From contig NZ_JBDSCA010000061.1 in the NCBI RefSeq assembly GCF_039921305.1, positions 11,153-75,152 of the forward strand: a stretch of DNA of 64,000 nt. Direction: 5' to 3'. The stretch's first letter is position 1, and every line of letters starts with the position of its first letter. The stretch comes from Mucilaginibacter sp. (GTDB lineage: Bacteria; Bacteroidota; Bacteroidia; Sphingobacteriales; Sphingobacteriaceae). Positions 51,272 to 60,703 of this stretch are shown one piece after another. Position numbers and translations under genes: made by a program. The notes beneath the pieces were generated by a model that was given only the letters and a program-made list of their open reading frames with translations, was not told the origin of the DNA and searched no databases.

Positions 51272-52579
51272 ATGGGTGCATTTGAAATAAAGGGTGGTAA
51301 ACCATTAAAAGGCGAGATCATTCCGCAAGGTGCAAAAAACGAGGCCTTACAGGTAATATCGGCTGTATTGCTTACCGAAGATAAAGTGACTATCAGCAAT
51401 ATCCCGAACATTGTGGATGTAAATAAGCTGATCGAATTATTAGGCGATATGGGCGTTTCTATTACACAGGATGCTCCCGATACTTATACTTTTGAGGCAA
51501 AGAATATCGATCTGGATTTTTTCCAGTCGCCGGTATTTAAAGCTAAAGGTGGTAGCTTGCGCGGATCTATCATGATAGTAGGCCCCTTGCTTGCGCGTTT
51601 TGGTAAAGCGGCTATCCCTAAACCAGGTGGCGATAAAATAGGACGCCGCCGATTAGATACCCACTTTTTAGGTTTCGAAAAATTAGGCGCACGCTTTGAT
51701 TATAACCCCGAAAACGGGTTTTTTAATGTAGATGCCTCTAATTTGAAGGGGACCTATATTCTATTAGACGAAGCATCCGTTACCGGCACAGCCAATGTAG
51801 TAATGGCCGCTGTATTAGCTAAAGGAACTACAACGTTATACAATGCCGCTTGCGAACCATACCTGCAACAGCTATGCAAGATGCTTAACCGCATGGGTGC
51901 AAAAATTAGCGGTATAGGTAGTAACCTGCTAACTATTGAAGGCGTAACTAAATTAGGCGGCACAACACACCGCATGTTACCAGATATGATCGAGATTGGT
52001 TCATTCATTGGCCTTGCGGCGATGACAGGCTCTGAGATCACGATCAAAGATGTTCAATATGATGAACTGGGTATGATACCTGATATTTTTAAACGTTTAG
52101 GTATTAAACTGGAACGCCGTGGCGATGATATCTTTATCCCCGCGCAAGAGCATTACGAGATAGAAACCTTCATTGATGGCTCGATTATGACCATAGCTGA
52201 TGCGCCATGGCCCGGCTTTACGCCCGACCTATTAAGCATTGTATTGGTAGTAGCCACACAATCAAAAGGTTCGGTACTGATACACCAGAAGATGTTTGAG
52301 AGCCGTTTATTCTTTGTTGATAAGCTGATTGAAATGGGTGCTCAGATCATTCTTTGCGATCCGCATCGTGCTACGGTGATTGGTTTGGATAAACAAATGT
52401 CATTAAGAGGCATCAAAATGACATCTCCGGATATTCGTGCCGGGGTTTCGTTGCTGATTGCAGCGCTATCCGCACACGGCACATCAACCATTTATAACAT
52501 TGAGCAAATTGAACGCGGTTATCAATATATCGACCAAAGGCTGATCGCTTTAGGTGCTGATATTAAGAGAGTTGAATAA
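51272..52579 (+). CDS. murA: UDP-N-acetylglucosamine 1-carboxyvinyltransferase
   Basis: GAKNEAL, LRGSI, PGGDKIGRRRLDTH, ASVTGTAN, PDMIE.GS, WPGFTPD, MFESR, SPDIRAG, IERGY. Confidence 0.97.
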   Translation: MGAFEIKGGKPLKGEIIPQGAKNEALQVISAVLLTEDKVTISNIPNIVDVNKLIELLGDMGVSITQDAPDTYTFEAKNIDLDFFQSPVFKAKGGSLRGSIMIVGPLLARFGKAAIPKPGGDKIGRRRLDTHFLGFEKLGARFDYNPENGFFNVDASNLKGTYILLDEASVTGTANVVMAAVLAKGTTTLYNAACEPYLQQLCKMLNRMGAKISGIGSNLLTIEGVTKLGGTTHRMLPDMIEIGSFIGLAAMTGSEITIKDVQYDELGMIPDIFKRLGIKLERRGDDIFIPAQEHYEIETFIDGSIMTIADAPWPGFTPDLLSIVLVVATQSKGSVLIHQKMFESRLFFVDKLIEMGAQIILCDPHRATVIGLDKQMSLRGIKMTSPDIRAGVSLLIAALSAHGTSTIYNIEQIERGYQYIDQRLIALGADIKRVE

Positions 52580-52592
52580 GTATACTATTAAG

Positions 52593-52637
52593 TTTTTAAA
52601 TAAGAAAGCGGCTTATGGCCGCTTTCTTATTTAAAAA
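52593..52637. terminator. Bidirectional intrinsic terminator
   Basis: 20-bp stem TTTTTAAATAAGAAAGCGGC / GCCGCTTTCTTATTTAAAAA between convergent genes. Confidence 0.85.
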
Positions 52638-52643
52638 CTATTG

Positions 52644-53249
52644 CTAAACCGTTGGGTCTAAACCCTCATCGGGATCTAAACCCTCCACCGCTAATGGTTT
52701 TTCCTTTTTAAAGAAAGCTGCGTATATCAATGCGATTACAAAATCAATAATGATAGCTATGCCAAGCCCTTTGGCTAATTTGCCAGGCGTACGATTATCT
52801 TCAAATTTCGACTCCATATCGGCAGTTTGCTTATCAATCTTTTCCTGATCAACACCTTGTTTCTTCATATAATCACTTGTAGCACTTGCATACACAGTTT
52901 TCATTTTACTCATTTGGTCTGGCTCTATAAAAGTTCCAAAACCAAGGCTACCAATTGTTGAAAGCAAGTAGCTAACAAAAAACATAATAAATATCCCTGT
53001 TGTAGCTTGTCTGAAATTCCAAAAACCACCTATCTTTTTACGCAGATCAAAACATAACCAAATAGATATCGCTAATGGGATCAAAAAAGTTATTCCAATT
53101 GGACCAACAATGGTTATCATCCAAAAATTGTTAGTCATAGAGGTCACAAAATAAAATAAGAATATACCCAGCACTAAAAATATAACGCCAAATATCAGAC
53201 CGTTAGTAACGGCATTTTTTCTAATTTTTTGCTCTAACGTTTCCATCAT
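52644..53249 (-). CDS. DUF4199-like membrane protein
   Basis: Four hydrophobic helices; GGFWNFRQA..GIF pattern. Confidence 0.75.
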   Translation of the reverse strand: MMETLEQKIRKNAVTNGLIFGVIFLVLGIFLFYFVTSMTNNFWMITIVGPIGITFLIPLAISIWLCFDLRKKIGGFWNFRQATTGIFIMFFVSYLLSTIGSLGFGTFIEPDQMSKMKTVYASATSDYMKKQGVDQEKIDKQTADMESKFEDNRTPGKLAKGLGIAIIIDFVIALIYAAFFKKEKPLAVEGLDPDEGLDPTV

Positions 53250-53254
53250 TAATT

Positions 53255-53923
53255 TTAATTAAATTTCTCTAATATACTAAACACCGCCATATCAAAATCT
53301 TTGGCTACCGATTTTTTCTCAATCGATTTCTTCAGCTCGTCCGATGGTTGTACATCATAAAAGAAGCACATTATCGGGTAGAACAACTCTTTCAGTTCCG
53401 ATTTATCGTTAACCGTAGTAGCCGTTTTGGCTATTTCTTCTACCGATGTTTCCATCAATATCTGGTTCGCAATTATCGGCTCATAAATACGGTATTCATC
53501 CTGAAACTCATCTTCATCAACTAATAAAAACTCCTTTAAAAAGTCTTCTAATTCGGGTTCAATATCTTCGTCTTTACATTCGTTAAGATATAATAGCACA
53601 TTTAAAAGCTCGGTTCCTCGGTCAAGCGTATCCTCCTCTATTTGCTCCCATTCCTCCGAATCCAAGTAATCTTCTTCCAATTTAATTACATCCGCGCTAA
53701 AAAAATTCATCAGCAACAGATCAAAGAAAACCTCGCGCAAAGCTTCCATTTGTGGATAATCGTCAAACACAGCATCCAACAGGTCAACTTTTGATAAAAA
53801 GTCTTCCTCGCTCGAAAATGCTTTGATCAGATCATCCTGAATAGCTTTGGTATTAAGCTCGTTCTTTTCGGCAAAAACCGCTACCGCGCTTGTTAAAGCC
53901 GCCTGAATTTTGGGGTCCATCAT
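53255..53923 (-). CDS. Acidic conserved hypothetical protein
   Basis: ORF track; Asp/Glu-rich; tightly packed in the pyrC operon. Confidence 0.75.
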   Translation of the reverse strand: MMDPKIQAALTSAVAVFAEKNELNTKAIQDDLIKAFSSEEDFLSKVDLLDAVFDDYPQMEALREVFFDLLLMNFFSADVIKLEEDYLDSEEWEQIEEDTLDRGTELLNVLLYLNECKDEDIEPELEDFLKEFLLVDEDEFQDEYRIYEPIIANQILMETSVEEIAKTATTVNDKSELKELFYPIMCFFYDVQPSDELKKSIEKKSVAKDFDMAVFSILEKFN

Positions 53924-53927
53924 AATT

Positions 53928-55181
53928 TTAGGATTTAAATACCTGGTTATTGTTACAAGTTAACAAAACTTTCCCGGTTAATTGCTTGTCAATAAAAGGG
54001 GAATTATATGATTTGGATTGGTTATTCTGTTTAGTATAGGTCCACTCGGCTGTGGCGTCAAATACCACCAAATTAGCTTTCTGCTTTTCAGTAATGCTTG
54101 GCACATTGATATTCAATATCTGGCGAGGTGCAACCGATAGTTTCTGAATAATCAGTTGAGGTGTTAAACCAGCTTGCAAGGCCAGCGATAAAGCAGTTTG
54201 CAAACCTATCATACCAAATTCGGCTACCTCAAATTCCACATCTTTAAACTCAATTTCGTGAGGGGTGTGTTGCGATACAATGGCATCAATAGTACCATCT
54301 TTCAAGCCATTTATCAATGCCGTAACATCAGCATCGGTACGCAAAGGCGGCTTAACCTTATATTGTGAGTCAAAACCTAACAAGTCTTTATGTGTAAGTA
54401 CCAAATGGTGTGCCGCAACATCGCAGGTAACCTGCAAGCCTTTAATCTTAGCCTGGCGGATCAGATCAACCGAACGCTCGGTAGATACCGTACTGAAATG
54501 AACCTTTGAGCCTGTATACTCAGCCAGGTAAAGGTCGCGTGCTATCATCAACTCTTCGGCTAATGCTGGGATACCTTTCATGCCCAACAAGGTGCTGATC
54601 ACACCTTCGTGAACTTTAGCCTTACCGGCGATGGCTTTATCTTCAGGATATGAAAAAACCAGGCCACCAAAGCCCTGCACATATAACATGGCGCGTTCCA
54701 TCAACCCGGCATCTTGTATCGGGTACTTGCCATCCGTAAAAGCTTTCGCTCCGCTTTGATGCATATCATACATCTCGGCCATGTCCTTACCCTCGCATTT
54801 GTGTGAGATAGTGCCCAACGGAAATATATCAACCAAATTACCTTTAGCTTTATTAAGGATGAATTCTACTTCCGATTTTGAATGCACCGGCGGCTGTGTG
54901 TTCGGCATTAAAGCCAAACCTGTAAAACCACCTGCCATGGCCGCTTTGCTACCACTTTGCAGGTCTTCCTTAGTTTCAAGGCCCAATTCGCCAATGTTAC
55001 AGTTCAGGTCAAAAAAGCCTGGAGCAACCTGTTTGCCTTTCGCGTCAAATGCCTCTACATCACTTTTAATATCCGTTGCTATTTGAACAATAACACCATC
55101 TTCAATTAAAATATCGGCAATTTGCTGGTTAAAGGCAGAGTTCGGGTCGGTAATGGTTGCAGATCTGATGAGCAAATTCAT
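53928..55181 (-). CDS. pyrC: Dihydroorotase-family amidohydrolase
   Basis: PGFFDLNC..GE.G.E.KED..SG..AA.AGGFT...MPNT.P, KVKPPLR, SQHTPH; the metal-binding HxH appears replaced (DLNC), so it may be a non-catalytic PyrC'-type subunit. Confidence 0.82.
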   Translation of the reverse strand: MNLLIRSATITDPNSAFNQQIADILIEDGVIVQIATDIKSDVEAFDAKGKQVAPGFFDLNCNIGELGLETKEDLQSGSKAAMAGGFTGLALMPNTQPPVHSKSEVEFILNKAKGNLVDIFPLGTISHKCEGKDMAEMYDMHQSGAKAFTDGKYPIQDAGLMERAMLYVQGFGGLVFSYPEDKAIAGKAKVHEGVISTLLGMKGIPALAEELMIARDLYLAEYTGSKVHFSTVSTERSVDLIRQAKIKGLQVTCDVAAHHLVLTHKDLLGFDSQYKVKPPLRTDADVTALINGLKDGTIDAIVSQHTPHEIEFKDVEFEVAEFGMIGLQTALSLALQAGLTPQLIIQKLSVAPRQILNINVPSITEKQKANLVVFDATAEWTYTKQNNQSKSYNSPFIDKQLTGKVLLTCNNNQVFKS

Positions 55182-55206
55182 TGGAGAGGTGCTTTTATAT
55201 GGGTTT

Positions 55207-57261
55207 CTAATTTATCGGAACCACTTGTTTTTCAGGTTGATAAAACCTGATCAGCAATATTTCGGCCGCCAGACTTATCAGCGCCAAAATTATACAAAGT
55301 TTCCATAATTCTAAGCCAATATTTGTTTTGGCAACAGTATCTTTTAATGATGCCACTCCGGCTTGTATAATATTGCTCTCTTTACCGCTGGTTTGCGCCT
55401 TTAATTCAGCATCGTCCGGGTAACTTAAGTCCGACTCACTCCTGCTGTTATTAAATGCCAGCACAGCCATCAAACTATCCTGCTTTTGTAACCTATAGTT
55501 TCCTGGCTCACGCACCTGGTCGCTCAGGTAAAGCACTGTACTCCCCTCCTGCTGCCGCACATCCGGAATAATGACCTGCTGATCTTTATGTAGTTTCAAA
55601 ACCTGCTTATCTGTTGATTGTACAGGTAAAGTTTCTACTGCTTCATCTTCACCAATAGTATAAAACAAAGCCGGATCGTGTCCGCTCAATAAAGCTATCC
55701 TGAACAAAGTTGGCACCAACAAAGCATGGTGTGCTAAATTACTGTAAGCATCATCCAAAGGTACCGCCGAAACATAAGTTCGCCCCCTTCCAAAAGGATA
55801 AACACCAAAGAACGTTTTACCACCCGGCAGATCCATCAGGCTTTCACGACCGCTATGCGACGAGCCTACCAGGTCATAATATTTAGAAACCACCGGCAGA
55901 TTAGGATTTTGAGGTAATTGCTCAAACGTATTTTTAAATACCGGATTTTGCAGATTTATACGCGATACCTTACCACCCTGAACTATCACCTTATCGGGAT
56001 AATCAGCCGCAATAGGTTGTAATAGCAATTTATAACTTGACACATCAGCGCCATCCGCCGGGAAAACCAATAACGAACCACCTTTGCTCACATAGGTTTT
56101 TAACTGCTGCGCCAATCCTGTCGAAATAGCCTTCACATCGCTCAACACCACTAATGGGTAAGCGGCTAAGCCCGCATAATCAACATTTCCATCATGTACA
56201 GCTTGCACTTTAAAAAATGGGTCGGTATTAAATACAGCCTGTATATATTTATTAGGCGTACCACCATCAACCAGTAAAAGGGGCATTTGCTGCTGTACTT
56301 TAAAGGTGAAATAAAACTGATTATCAAAGCTTACGGGATTATCCTGCAAGTCAATTTCGGCTTGTTGCCAGCCTGCTTTAAGTCCCGAAAAGCTCAACGT
56401 ATCTGTTTGTATACCTCTCGCTTTTAAAGTAAAGCTACCTAATGCCTTTTGCTCACCATTAACCAATAGCTTAAGCGGAACTTTCTCGGCTTGCTGATCG
56501 GCATAGTTATGCAGTTGCACTACCAGTTTTTCACTCTCGCCGGGGCGATGCACCGCGCTCAGCAACCAAACCGAATCAACCGCGATATTAGCCAGCAGGT
56601 TTGATTTTAATCTCACCAAGCTTAAAGCAGCCAAAGTATCGGTTTTAATGGCTTTTTGCGAGAACATGTTCTTCTGAAAATCAGATATCACATATAAAGC
56701 CTTATCCCCATTAACCTGCGTATTCAGCAGGCTTTGCTGGCGGTTAACTATCTGCTGCAATTGTCTGCTCTGCGGACTAACCCTGATCTTATCCACTTCA
56801 TCATCAAACTCATCCCGGCTCAACAAACGCTGGTGCCTGCCTTCAAAATCCTGTGTCAGCAACTGAAACCTATCGTTTATACTATAACCAGAAGCTATCT
56901 CTTTAGCACGCCTGCGTGCCTCATCCAGCAAACTCCCCTCGCGGTTAAGCGTTAGCATCGAGTACGAATTATCAACAAACACACTCACCAAGTGCATTTT
57001 ACCAATGCTGATGTTCTTCCTTGCGGGGATAAATGGCCTCGCGAAAGCCAGCACCAAAAAAAACAGCGCCAGCAAACGGGGAATGAGTATCAGGAGCTTT
57101 TTAAGATTCTTTCGGGATGATTGCTGTTGCTGAATATTCTTCAAAAACTGCACATTACTAAAATACACCTTTTTGTACTGCCTGAAATGGAACAGGTGTA
57201 TGATAATTGGTATGGCTAATGATAAAAGCCCGAATAAAAATGCAGGATATACAAATTGCAT
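55207..57261 (-). CDS. BatA-domain / vWA membrane protein
   Basis: MQFVYPAFLFGLL.LAIPIIIHLF BatA motif, VFVDNSYSM, ISDFQ, C-terminal LWKLCIILAL..L.AEILL. Confidence 0.88.
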   Translation of the reverse strand: MQFVYPAFLFGLLSLAIPIIIHLFHFRQYKKVYFSNVQFLKNIQQQQSSRKNLKKLLILIPRLLALFFLVLAFARPFIPARKNISIGKMHLVSVFVDNSYSMLTLNREGSLLDEARRRAKEIASGYSINDRFQLLTQDFEGRHQRLLSRDEFDDEVDKIRVSPQSRQLQQIVNRQQSLLNTQVNGDKALYVISDFQKNMFSQKAIKTDTLAALSLVRLKSNLLANIAVDSVWLLSAVHRPGESEKLVVQLHNYADQQAEKVPLKLLVNGEQKALGSFTLKARGIQTDTLSFSGLKAGWQQAEIDLQDNPVSFDNQFYFTFKVQQQMPLLLVDGGTPNKYIQAVFNTDPFFKVQAVHDGNVDYAGLAAYPLVVLSDVKAISTGLAQQLKTYVSKGGSLLVFPADGADVSSYKLLLQPIAADYPDKVIVQGGKVSRINLQNPVFKNTFEQLPQNPNLPVVSKYYDLVGSSHSGRESLMDLPGGKTFFGVYPFGRGRTYVSAVPLDDAYSNLAHHALLVPTLFRIALLSGHDPALFYTIGEDEAVETLPVQSTDKQVLKLHKDQQVIIPDVRQQEGSTVLYLSDQVREPGNYRLQKQDSLMAVLAFNNSRSESDLSYPDDAELKAQTSGKESNIIQAGVASLKDTVAKTNIGLELWKLCIILALISLAAEILLIRFYQPEKQVVPIN

Positions 57262-57341
57262 AGACTAATCAAATATAGATATTATATATGCAAATGAGTA
57301 AATGTGCAGGTATGCAAATGATTTTACTTGAGATTTCTTAA

Positions 57342-57374
57342 AGTCTCCCCTTTCGGGGGAGATTTAGAGGGGGC
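57342..57374. repeat. REP-like element overlapping a stop codon
   Basis: AGTCTCCCCTTTCGGGGGAGATTTAGAGGGGGC, related to the 41091-42868 family. Confidence 0.65.
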
Positions 57375-58809
57375 TAATCTTTATCCCAAACACATCCTTC
57401 AAAGCCCGCTTTGCCGAGTAATACCCGCACATGCCATGCACACCACCACCTGGTGGGGTCGACGATGAGCAGATATACAAACCCTTTGCCGAAGTACGGT
57501 AAGGCGAGCTTCGCAATACCGGCCGGGTAAACAACTGGCCAATATCAATCACGCCTCCATTAATATCACCACCAACATAATTAGGGTTATATTCTTCTAT
57601 CTGCTCAGTATTCATCGTATGGCGCGCCAATATCCTATCTTTAAAGCCGGGCGCGAAACGCTCAACCTGCTGCTCAATAATTGCCGTCATATCTTTGGTT
57701 GAACCATTCGGAACGTGGCAATATCCCCACACAGCCTGCTTCCCTTCGGGTGCCCGGCTACTATCAAACAAGCCTTGCTGGGCCAGCAGCACATAAGGCT
57801 TTTCGCTATGCTGTCCTTTCCATACCTCTTTTTCAGATAGTGCTATCTCCTCAAAACTGCCGCCTATATGTACCGTTCCGGCTTGCGAACATTCGGGTGC
57901 AGTAAATGGCACATTACCATCAATGGCCCAATCTACTTTAAAAACACCCATACCATAGCGGTAACGCTCCAGTTGCCATTTATAAAGCGGGCTCAATTTA
58001 TAACCTGCAATTTGCAGTAACTGCTTAGGGGTAACATCAAACAGTACCGCATGTGCCGATGGTAGCTGATCTAAACGTTTCACATAAAAACCAGTCTCTA
58101 TCTTACCACCTATCGAAGCAAAATATCCTGCCAAAGCATCTGCAATTGAGCTCGAACCACCTTTCGGGATAGGCCAGCCATACAAGTGCCCTGCCGACAT
58201 TAATACCAAACCAATAGCAGCCGTAGCAATATTCGACAACGGCTGAATAGCATGTGCTGCCATCCCGCCAAACAAAGCCTGGGCCTCCGCGGTTTTAAAG
58301 TGTTTAGCCAAAGTAGCAGCAGGCTTTAACCCCTGCAAACCAAACTGAGCCATAGCTATAGGGTGTTTCGGATAATGCAAGGGCCCTAAAACATCTGCGG
58401 CAATTAACGGCCAATTTTTAACAACCGGCTCCATCAAATCCAGGTAATTCTGCCTGTCGGCACCCAGTAATTCGGCCGTTCCGGTTAGTGATCTTTTCAA
58501 TACTACCGCGGTACCATTATCTAACGGATGCGCCACGGGCAAATCTGGCTGTATAAATTCCAATCCAAATTGAGCCAAAGGCAAAGTCTTAAAAAATGGC
58601 GAACCAACTGCCAGTGGGTGTATCGCCGAACAAACATCATGCACAAAGCCCGGCAACGTTAACTCTGCCGATCGCAAACCGCCACCAATCGAACCCTTGC
58701 CCTCCACCAGCAAAACCGATAAGCCCGATTGTTGCATAGCAATAGCAGCCGCAAGCCCATTAGGCCCAGAGCCAACCACTATAGCATCATAATCGCGCTT
58801 GTCCAACAT
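57364..58809 (-). CDS. Phytoene desaturase family FAD-dependent oxidoreductase
   Basis: IVVGSGPNGLAAA, IGGG.RS.ELTLPGFVHDVCSAIHP, YICSSSTPPGGGVHGMCG. Confidence 0.9.
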   Translation of the reverse strand: MLDKRDYDAIVVGSGPNGLAAAIAMQQSGLSVLLVEGKGSIGGGLRSAELTLPGFVHDVCSAIHPLAVGSPFFKTLPLAQFGLEFIQPDLPVAHPLDNGTAVVLKRSLTGTAELLGADRQNYLDLMEPVVKNWPLIAADVLGPLHYPKHPIAMAQFGLQGLKPAATLAKHFKTAEAQALFGGMAAHAIQPLSNIATAAIGLVLMSAGHLYGWPIPKGGSSSIADALAGYFASIGGKIETGFYVKRLDQLPSAHAVLFDVTPKQLLQIAGYKLSPLYKWQLERYRYGMGVFKVDWAIDGNVPFTAPECSQAGTVHIGGSFEEIALSEKEVWKGQHSEKPYVLLAQQGLFDSSRAPEGKQAVWGYCHVPNGSTKDMTAIIEQQVERFAPGFKDRILARHTMNTEQIEEYNPNYVGGDINGGVIDIGQLFTRPVLRSSPYRTSAKGLYICSSSTPPGGGVHGMCGYYSAKRALKDVFGIKISPL

Positions 58810-58815
58810 TTAGAT

Positions 58816-59012
58816 TTGGGTATTGAGATGGGAGTTTTAAGGCAATAACTTTAATAACAAGACTAACAAATTATGGGTATTTATGGGTATGCTTAATTAC
58901 AAATTATGGGTATTTTTCCTTGTTTTTTTGATACTCAATTATCAAATCCGCAACAAATCCATCAATAGTAACTGTAATTACCTCAATAATTTAAATAACA
59001 AAATATGGGTAT
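58816..59012. repeat. Five TGGGTAT copies upstream of the desaturase-family gene
   Basis: TTATGGGTAT in tandem at 58871-58890, again at 58904-58913, variants near 58816 and 59004. Confidence 0.6.
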
Positions 59013-59280
59013 AAAGGTTGTAAACTATTTGTGCAATATTGATCAACATCCTATCGCCCATTCGGGCGTCACACCTGAATACAAACAGTTTCAGCGTCCA
59101 CGCTTACGTGTGCATTTGGATCCGATAAACTATTGTTACTATTTAGGTTTCAAAGCATTGCGCTTAGTTCTAATACAAAAATACGAAAAATCAACGGCAT
59201 AGTCAGTACAGCATTTCAATGCTGGCAAATTAAACGCCATCAAAAAAACTCATTTGTTATCCAAAATTTTAGGGAATCCT

Positions 59281-59345
59281 GCCCCGGCGGGGCTACATAT
59301 TTGTAGAAAACAAAAGTAATTAGCTTTGTGCCTCGTAGAGGCTAC
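59281..59345. repeat. REP pair of a third family
   Basis: GCCCCGGCGGGGCTACATATTTGTAGAAA and GCCTCGTAGAGGCTAC short palindromes. Confidence 0.6.
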
Positions 59346-59371
59346 CCTTCCGGGGAGCTAAGCCCCCACAA

Positions 59372-59402
59372 AAAAAGCCCCACAATAAATTGCGAGGCTT
59401 TT
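59372..59402 (-). terminator. Probable terminator after lipoprotein A
   Basis: AAAAGCC..GGCTTTT imperfect stem with an A-tract on the plus strand. Confidence 0.55.
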
Positions 59403-59423
59403 CCTTTTCTAAAAAAAATAGAA

Positions 59424-59633
59424 TTACATTTTTTTAGCTACTGAGTCTTTTTTAACTACAGTGTCAGCTTTAGAAATTGAAGTGTCTTTTTTAGCTGTTG
59501 TGTCAGCAGCCATTTTAGCTGAATCTGCTTTTGCAGCTGAATCAGCAGCAGAAGTTTTTTTCGGACCACCGCAAGAAGCGAATGCTACTGCTACTACTAA
59601 CGCTAATGCGCTTAATTTGATAGAGTTTTTCAT
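59424..59633 (-). CDS. Small lipoprotein A (69 aa)
   Basis: MKNSIKLSALALVVAVAFAS-C21; mature part with DSA, DSA, DTT, DTV, DSV. Confidence 0.88.
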   Translation of the reverse strand: MKNSIKLSALALVVAVAFASCGGPKKTSAADSAAKADSAKMAADTTAKKDTSISKADTVVKKDSVAKKM

Positions 59634-59666
59634 GTTAGTTTTTTAAAAGTGATTAATAGTTTAGGC

Positions 59667-59695
59667 TTAATACCTAAAACGAAAAAAGGTAACCC
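59667..59695 (-). promoter_or_regulatory. ECF-type promoter GGGTTACC-N14-GTATTAA (gene A)
   Basis: Plus strand TTAATAC 59667-59673 and GGTAACCC 59688-59695. Confidence 0.8.
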
Positions 59696-59752
59696 AATTA
59701 TTTTGAAAAAAATAATTAAGCTACCCTTTTGTTATTAATTACTTAATAAAAA

Positions 59753-59962
59753 TTACTTTTTAGTGGTGCTATCAACAGTAGTAGTTGTTGTAGTTGTTGT
59801 AGCAGTGCTATCTTTCTTAGCAGCTGTATCAACTTTAGCAGTTGAATCTACAGTTGTAGTTTTAGTTGAATCTACAGTGCTGGTTGATTTGTTACCACCA
59901 CAAGCAACAACTGATAATGACAATACTAATGCTAAAGCGCCTAATTTGAATGAATTTTTCAT
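59753..59962 (-). CDS. Small lipoprotein B (69 aa)
   Basis: MKNSFKLGALALVLSLSVVA-C21; DST x4, DTA, poly-Thr. Confidence 0.88.
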   Translation of the reverse strand: MKNSFKLGALALVLSLSVVACGGNKSTSTVDSTKTTTVDSTAKVDTAAKKDSTATTTTTTTTVDSTTKK

Positions 59963-59987
59963 GTTTGAAGTTTTTATTATTTTAAGC

Positions 59988-60016
59988 TTAATACTAGCTT
60001 ATAAAGAAGGTAACCC
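59988..60016 (-). promoter_or_regulatory. ECF-type promoter GGGTTACC-N14-GTATTAA (gene B)
   Basis: TTAATAC 59988-59994, GGTAACCC 60009-60016. Confidence 0.8.
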
Positions 60017-60055
60017 TAAAAATTAAAATTAATTTCAGGGTTACGCTTCATCAAA

Positions 60056-60277
60056 TTACATTTTTTTAGTCTCTGTCTTTTTAGTTTCAGTTGTAACTGT
60101 AGTATCCTTTTGTACTGGAGCAGTAACAGATGTATCTTTCTTAACTGTATCAGTTACAATTGTAGATGAATCAGTTTTGGTTGTATCAGAACCTGTAGAA
60201 GTTTTGTTACCACCACAAGCAACAACTGATAATGATAATACTAAAGCTAAGGCACCTAATTTGAATGAGTTTTTCAT
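60056..60277 (-). CDS. Small lipoprotein C (73 aa)
   Basis: First 25 aa identical to B; DTT, DTV, DTT. Confidence 0.88.
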   Translation of the reverse strand: MKNSFKLGALALVLSLSVVACGGNKTSTGSDTTKTDSSTIVTDTVKKDTSVTAPVQKDTTVTTETKKTETKKM

Positions 60278-60300
60278 GATTTAATGTTTTTAATTTTAAC

Positions 60301-60329
60301 TTAATACAGATAACTTGAAAAGGTAACCC
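60301..60329 (-). promoter_or_regulatory. ECF-type promoter GGGTTACC-N14-GTATTAA (gene C)
   Basis: TTAATAC 60301-60307, GGTAACCC 60322-60329. Confidence 0.8.
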
Positions 60330-60375
60330 AATTATTTTAAAGAAAATATAAATCGTATCAGGATATTATATTTTA

Positions 60376-60648
60376 TTACTGCTTAGTAACTTTCTTTGTT
60401 GTAGTGGTAGTCTTCTTCTTTTCAACTTTGTTAGATACCGTATCAATAGGTTGCTTTAAACTTTTGTTTGATACCGTGTCAATAGGTTGCTTTAAGCTCT
60501 TGTTTGATACCGTGTCAAAAGGTTGCTTTAAACTCTTGTTTGATACTGTATCCTTACCTTGTTCTGTTGATTTTCCTTTTGGATCACAAGCTACAATGCT
60601 TGATGCTATTACCAAACCTAAAGCGGCTAATTTAAATGAATTTTTCAT
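60376..60648 (-). CDS. Small lipoprotein D (90 aa) with a 12-aa tandem repeat
   Basis: MKNSFKLAALGLVIASSIVA-C21; (DTVSNKSLKQPF/I) x3 plus DTVSNK. Confidence 0.88.
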   Translation of the reverse strand: MKNSFKLAALGLVIASSIVACDPKGKSTEQGKDTVSNKSLKQPFDTVSNKSLKQPIDTVSNKSLKQPIDTVSNKVEKKKTTTTTKKVTKQ

Positions 60649-60674
60649 GATGGGTTTTTTGGTTTAATTTACCC

Positions 60675-60703
60675 TTAATACCTTATTATGAATAAGGTAA
60701 CCC
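60675..60703 (-). promoter_or_regulatory. ECF-type promoter GGGTTACC-N14-GTATTAA (gene D)
   Basis: TTAATAC 60675-60681, GGTAACCC 60696-60703. Confidence 0.8.

Noticed and set aside
59005-59202. 65-aa plus-strand ORF
   Set aside because: Starts inside a TGGGTAT repeat, no motif or hydrophobic pattern; more likely regulatory DNA.
60427-60552. 36-bp repeats as CRISPR repeats
   Set aside because: Contiguous, in-frame coding repeats with no spacers.
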